A program made the position numbers and the translations under genes. Below, piece by piece: positions 60,479 to 64,000 of a DNA stretch of 64,000 bases. The stretch covers positions 320,001 to 384,000 of the forward strand of contig CAWVRN010000001.1 in NCBI GenBank assembly GCA_963932905.1, given 5' to 3'. This DNA comes from an uncultured Bdellovibrio sp. (lineage in GTDB: Bacteria; Bdellovibrionota; Bdellovibrionia; Bdellovibrionales; Bdellovibrionaceae). Under the pieces are notes generated by a model, which searched no databases, was not told the DNA's origin, and saw only the letters and a list, made by a program, of their open reading frames with translations. Positions within the stretch are counted from its first letter, which is position 1. Every line of letters starts with the position of its first letter.

Positions 60479-61995
60479 TTTGACCTCATCAAAATCGTTT
60501 CAAAAGGCATCGTATGAAATCCAAGTGGATGGGCTGGAATCGTTTCTACTTTATCACTCCACAGTCCCGAAGCCGGAGTGCCAAAGTAAAGCGGGATATT
60601 TGTGTAATGCGCGAGAATCGATTTCTGTATATCTTGATACATTCTAGATCTTTTTTCCTGACTAAACTCTTTGGCAGCGCTAGCAATCATCTCATCAATT
60701 TTTGAATCATCGACATGAAAATAATTTGATTCGTATTTTCCTTTAAAATAGGTCAGAACTGAATAGCCGTCAGGATAATCTGTCCCTTTACGACTGACCG
60801 TAGCTTCGGCGGTTTTTGAAAACATTCGTGTGAGTTTTTCGCCGCGAGAAAATTCTGTCAGAACCACTTCGATTCTATCGGTTGTCCATTTTTCTTTAAG
60901 ATACTCAGCCAGTTTCTTATCAAATTCAGATCCAGCCAAATAGTCCAGCACAAAGGAAACCTTTTTGCCGTCGTAGGGTTTATAGTTTTGCTCCAATATT
61001 GGTTTTTCGAAAATCGCCCCATAAAATCCATCTGGAATTAGACCAAATGCTGGAATCAACTTTTGATCTCCCAAAGTTTTTACAAGATGCTTTTGGTCGA
61101 TTTTGTAATAAAGCTCTCGTCTAACTTCAAATGGTACAAATTTGGGATTTAGAATAACAAATGATTCATACGTTAACTCAGTCGGGCTTGATACCCAGCC
61201 CATTTTCTTAAGTTTCACCGTCGAATCGGCATCAACTTTGTCAGTGTCTAAAGAATCCGTCTGATCAGTCATCGCTAGGCTGATAGGACTCTCTTTCGTA
61301 GCAAAAAATGAGATTAAAAGCGGAGGACGCGCACTATCAATGCTGTCTTTGCGCCATTTCTCTAGCGTGTACTTTGAAATTTCAGTTTTTTTAAGTTTAT
61401 AGGGTCCACTAAATCCACCTAGTACCGACAGATTAGGATTTGATTTAAAATCCTCTATGTCCAGGATAGCACAATCAACAACGGCCAGTTGTTTTAAAAA
61501 TAGAGCCGATGGATGAGACAATGAAATTTGAACCTCAGATTCATTTTTTACTTTTACTCCGAATTTTTTTAGATCCCAGGATTTTTTAAACTCATCAGCA
61601 CCGGAAATCACATCGATATCGGCAGCCATCGACGAGCCCAAATAAAATAGTCGAGCTAGACTCATTTGAACATGAGTAGCCGTGATTTTCTTTCCGTTAG
61701 AGAAATTTAAGTTTTTAAGCTTTACGGTATAGCTTAAATGATCATCGGATTCGCGCCAAGACTCAGCTAAATCCGTAAGCACATCTCCGTTCTGATTGTA
61801 TCTAAATAGCCCCCGATGAAGCTGCATAGCGATCATCATAGAAAACGCGTCTTCCATTTTCTGAGGATCAATTTGTAAATTTACATCAGGCAAATGAATA
61901 TTTAAATTCATGTTTTCCTTTCTCTCTTTAGTACAAGCTAACATCGCGATGGTTGTCGCCCCTAAAAGGACAATTTTAAAGTGCCGGGCGATCAC
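60475..61995 (-). CDS. ABC substrate-binding lipoprotein, family 5 (OppA/DppA-like), with no permease or ATPase genes beside it
   Basis: MLAC lipobox; DP, GLFRY...DLAESW, FSNG..ITA..V, SGPYKL, R..MY..IQ...IPLY. Confidence 0.88.
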   Translation of the reverse strand: MIARHFKIVLLGATTIAMLACTKERKENMNLNIHLPDVNLQIDPQKMEDAFSMMIAMQLHRGLFRYNQNGDVLTDLAESWRESDDHLSYTVKLKNLNFSNGKKITATHVQMSLARLFYLGSSMAADIDVISGADEFKKSWDLKKFGVKVKNESEVQISLSHPSALFLKQLAVVDCAILDIEDFKSNPNLSVLGGFSGPYKLKKTEISKYTLEKWRKDSIDSARPPLLISFFATKESPISLAMTDQTDSLDTDKVDADSTVKLKKMGWVSSPTELTYESFVILNPKFVPFEVRRELYYKIDQKHLVKTLGDQKLIPAFGLIPDGFYGAIFEKPILEQNYKPYDGKKVSFVLDYLAGSEFDKKLAEYLKEKWTTDRIEVVLTEFSRGEKLTRMFSKTAEATVSRKGTDYPDGYSVLTYFKGKYESNYFHVDDSKIDEMIASAAKEFSQEKRSRMYQDIQKSILAHYTNIPLYFGTPASGLWSDKVETIPAHPLGFHTMPFETILMRSN

Positions 61996-63154
61996 TTAAA
62001 ACTCCAATTTTTTTCGTGCTACTTAGCACCACTAATCCAATTCCAATACTTATAGCTACTGCTGCTCGAAGCAATGTTTCTGTTTCAATCGGTATAATTT
62101 TTGACCAGACTCCTACTAAAATTTCACCAACAGACAAAATGATAACCATGATTGCAAATCGAGCACTTGAAACGGCGCCGATAGCTGAAACCGGAGTGTC
62201 AGCCTGAATGTGCCCAGATATTCTATGCAAAATAACCCAGTAGGATATATCTTTTATAAACATAACAATAAGGGTTTCAACAGTTGGTCCCGCGATTTGA
62301 CCCAGAAGTAAAAACGAGCCGCCAAGCACAAACCAAAACGGAATAGAGCTAAATTTCTTAGCGAATGACCTCTCCATAAACCCAGCAATCCAAACTGATA
62401 AACCATAGCTTGTAAGAAACAATGCATTCCAAACGGCGCTATCTCCGGCCACACGAGCAAAGAATGAAATCAAACCGCCAACAGAAACAGCAAGACCTAT
62501 ATCAAGTATCGCCGCCCGTTTGTTAAAAATGAAATGCTCTTTAAATTTTGTACTCCATGAAATGTTTCCCTGATTTGATTGATTTATTTTCTCTTCGTCT
62601 GGCATAAAATAAACTATCAGTCCGTTAACTAGAAACGTTGCCAAATCAATAAGGATTGCTACCTTAAGTGAAAGATACTGTATAAGTACTAAACCAATAA
62701 GCCCCGCAAACAGCGTGGCGCCCTGACTGGCTTTCATTTGCCAAATGGCGTGCTTGGCGTTGGAATCATAACTGCCGTCACTCAATAATTTTGATATTTT
62801 AACTCGGCTCCCGGTTTGAAAATTTACTAACACTGCTCGAAAGACACATAGGCCTAGAAATAATATGTAGTTCGTCTGAGTTTCATTCCATGTCCAAAGA
62901 AGTAAAAGAGATACAATACCGGCAAGGACTTCAAGAACAACCACTGTTTTCTTAGCACTAAACTGATCGGCTAAATGTCCCCACACGCCTAGAATAAAAA
63001 CAGGTATAAAACGTTGTAGCCCCAGAATTAAACTTATCTGCCCAAGATCAAAACCCGCTTGAGGCATAAACGCCACGAGACAAAGATTAAATGCAAGGCT
63101 CCCCATCGAAGACAAAAACTGACCTAAATAAAAAAGAAATGCCTTATTAAACAC
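61976..63154 (-). CDS. MFS transporter (exporter-like)
   Basis: GQFLSSMG, GHLAD.FS.KK motif A, IDLATFLV; about 12 TM. Confidence 0.85.
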   Translation of the reverse strand: MFNKAFLFYLGQFLSSMGSLAFNLCLVAFMPQAGFDLGQISLILGLQRFIPVFILGVWGHLADQFSAKKTVVVLEVLAGIVSLLLLWTWNETQTNYILFLGLCVFRAVLVNFQTGSRVKISKLLSDGSYDSNAKHAIWQMKASQGATLFAGLIGLVLIQYLSLKVAILIDLATFLVNGLIVYFMPDEEKINQSNQGNISWSTKFKEHFIFNKRAAILDIGLAVSVGGLISFFARVAGDSAVWNALFLTSYGLSVWIAGFMERSFAKKFSSIPFWFVLGGSFLLLGQIAGPTVETLIVMFIKDISYWVILHRISGHIQADTPVSAIGAVSSARFAIMVIILSVGEILVGVWSKIIPIETETLLRAAVAISIGIGLVVLSSTKKIGVLSDRPAL

Positions 63155-64000
63155 TAGATAGACCTTTCAAAAATTTGATTTTCTGTAAGGCCAAGGTTTT
63201 TCTTCATTTCAAAATATCGTGTTTTTCCAATTCCTAGTAATGAGATTAGCTTTTTATTGTCGCCGTTTAAAATTTGTAATGCTCTCCTCAGATAGTTTTT
63301 CTCGACCCAGTTTATTCCTAAGTTAAATGTATCGGCGGAAATCTCGCTCTCAGACTTTGGAAATAGATCGTTCGGAATACCTACTTCACTAGGAGGCGAC
63401 GGCTGACTTTGCAAGCTCAAATGGTCCGGCTTAATCCATGTTAACGAGTCACTTTTGGTATGGATACAGGCACGTTCAATCACATTATCAAGCTCGCGAA
63501 TATTGCCGCGCCAAATGTGGTTATCTAATTTTTCTTTCGCGTCGGTGGTAAGCTTTGCTAGTGGATGATACTTTTTTATAAACGCCTCAGCCAAAACCGC
63601 AATGTCTTCTTTCTTTTCTCTAAGCGGCGTAGTGTAGAGCATGATCTTATTTAGACGATAAAATAGGTCTTCCCTAAATTTTCCTTCGTTGACCATTTTT
63701 TCTAAATTACGATTGGTCGCTGCGATTATCCTGACGTCAACGGCAATTTCTTTTTCTGATCCCACTGGAGTTATCACTTTTTCCTGCAACACCCTAAGCA
63801 AACGAACCTGCGCAGATAAACTCAGTTCGCCGATTTCATCTAAGAAAAGGTCGCCTTTGTTTGCCGCTAAAAACAAACCCTGATTGTTTTCCGTAGCGCC
63901 AGTGAAGGAGCCTTTTTTGTGTCCAAAGAGAGTGCTTTCAATAAGATTTTCAGGAATGGCGCCGCAGTTAACCGCAACGAAAGGCCTTTTAATATTTCCT
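63154..64000 (-). CDS. sigma54-dependent transcriptional activator (bEBP, AAA+ plus HTH); 5' part outside the window
   Basis: [67 protein letters not shown]. Confidence 0.93.
   Translation of the reverse strand, partial: GNIKRPFVAVNCGAIPENLIESTLFGHKKGSFTGATENNQGLFLAANKGDLFLDEIGELSLSAQVRLLRVLQEKVITPVGSEKEIAVDVRIIAATNRNLEKMVNEGKFREDLFYRLNKIMLYTTPLREKKEDIAVLAEAFIKKYHPLAKLTTDAKEKLDNHIWRGNIRELDNVIERACIHTKSDSLTWIKPDHLSLQSQPSPPSEVGIPNDLFPKSESEISADTFNLGINWVEKNYLRRALQILNGDNKKLISLLGIGKTRYFEMKKNLGLTENQIFERSI

Larger units (their letters stand above)
33468..64000. mobile_element. integrative conjugative element; right boundary not seen in the window, so inclusion of 46.8-64 kb is inferred
   Basis: att core, tyrosine integrase, xis, relaxase-like, coupling-like and T4SS genes; no further att copy noticed up to the window end. 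Confidence 0.7.

Overview
Bacterial chromosomal window, most likely Bdellovibrionota (FQNC-type lipobox protein, TIGR02147/DUF4423 HTH protein, many secreted hypotheticals). About 1-17 kb is ordinary chromosome: a GT28 fusion enzyme, hydrolases, a POT transporter, kefF-kefC, GNATs and a PRTase. About 17-29 kb holds accessory secreted/lipoprotein genes. At 29.0-33.5 kb is a tandem array of about 1.8-kb integrase-less single-gene cassettes. They are separated by copies of a tRNA-Ser 3'-end att core, and each has its own arm-type repeats. From 33.5 kb an integrative conjugative element runs towards the right edge: integrase, xis, Replic_Relax relaxase, FtsK-type coupling protein and a VirB2-VirB10-like operon. 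After it come a 2.7-kaa teneurin-like Rhs toxin with an immunity gene and an orphan toxin/immunity module. The window ends in a tight minus-strand operon: sigma54 activator, MFS exporter, OppA-like binding protein, hybrid histidine kinase, an unannotated 26-aa peptide ORF and a stand-alone LanM-type dehydratase domain. That operon is the best candidate for an undescribed system, a putative dehydro-peptide (RiPP) quorum-sensing circuit. All calls are from motif reading by eye; no database searches were run.
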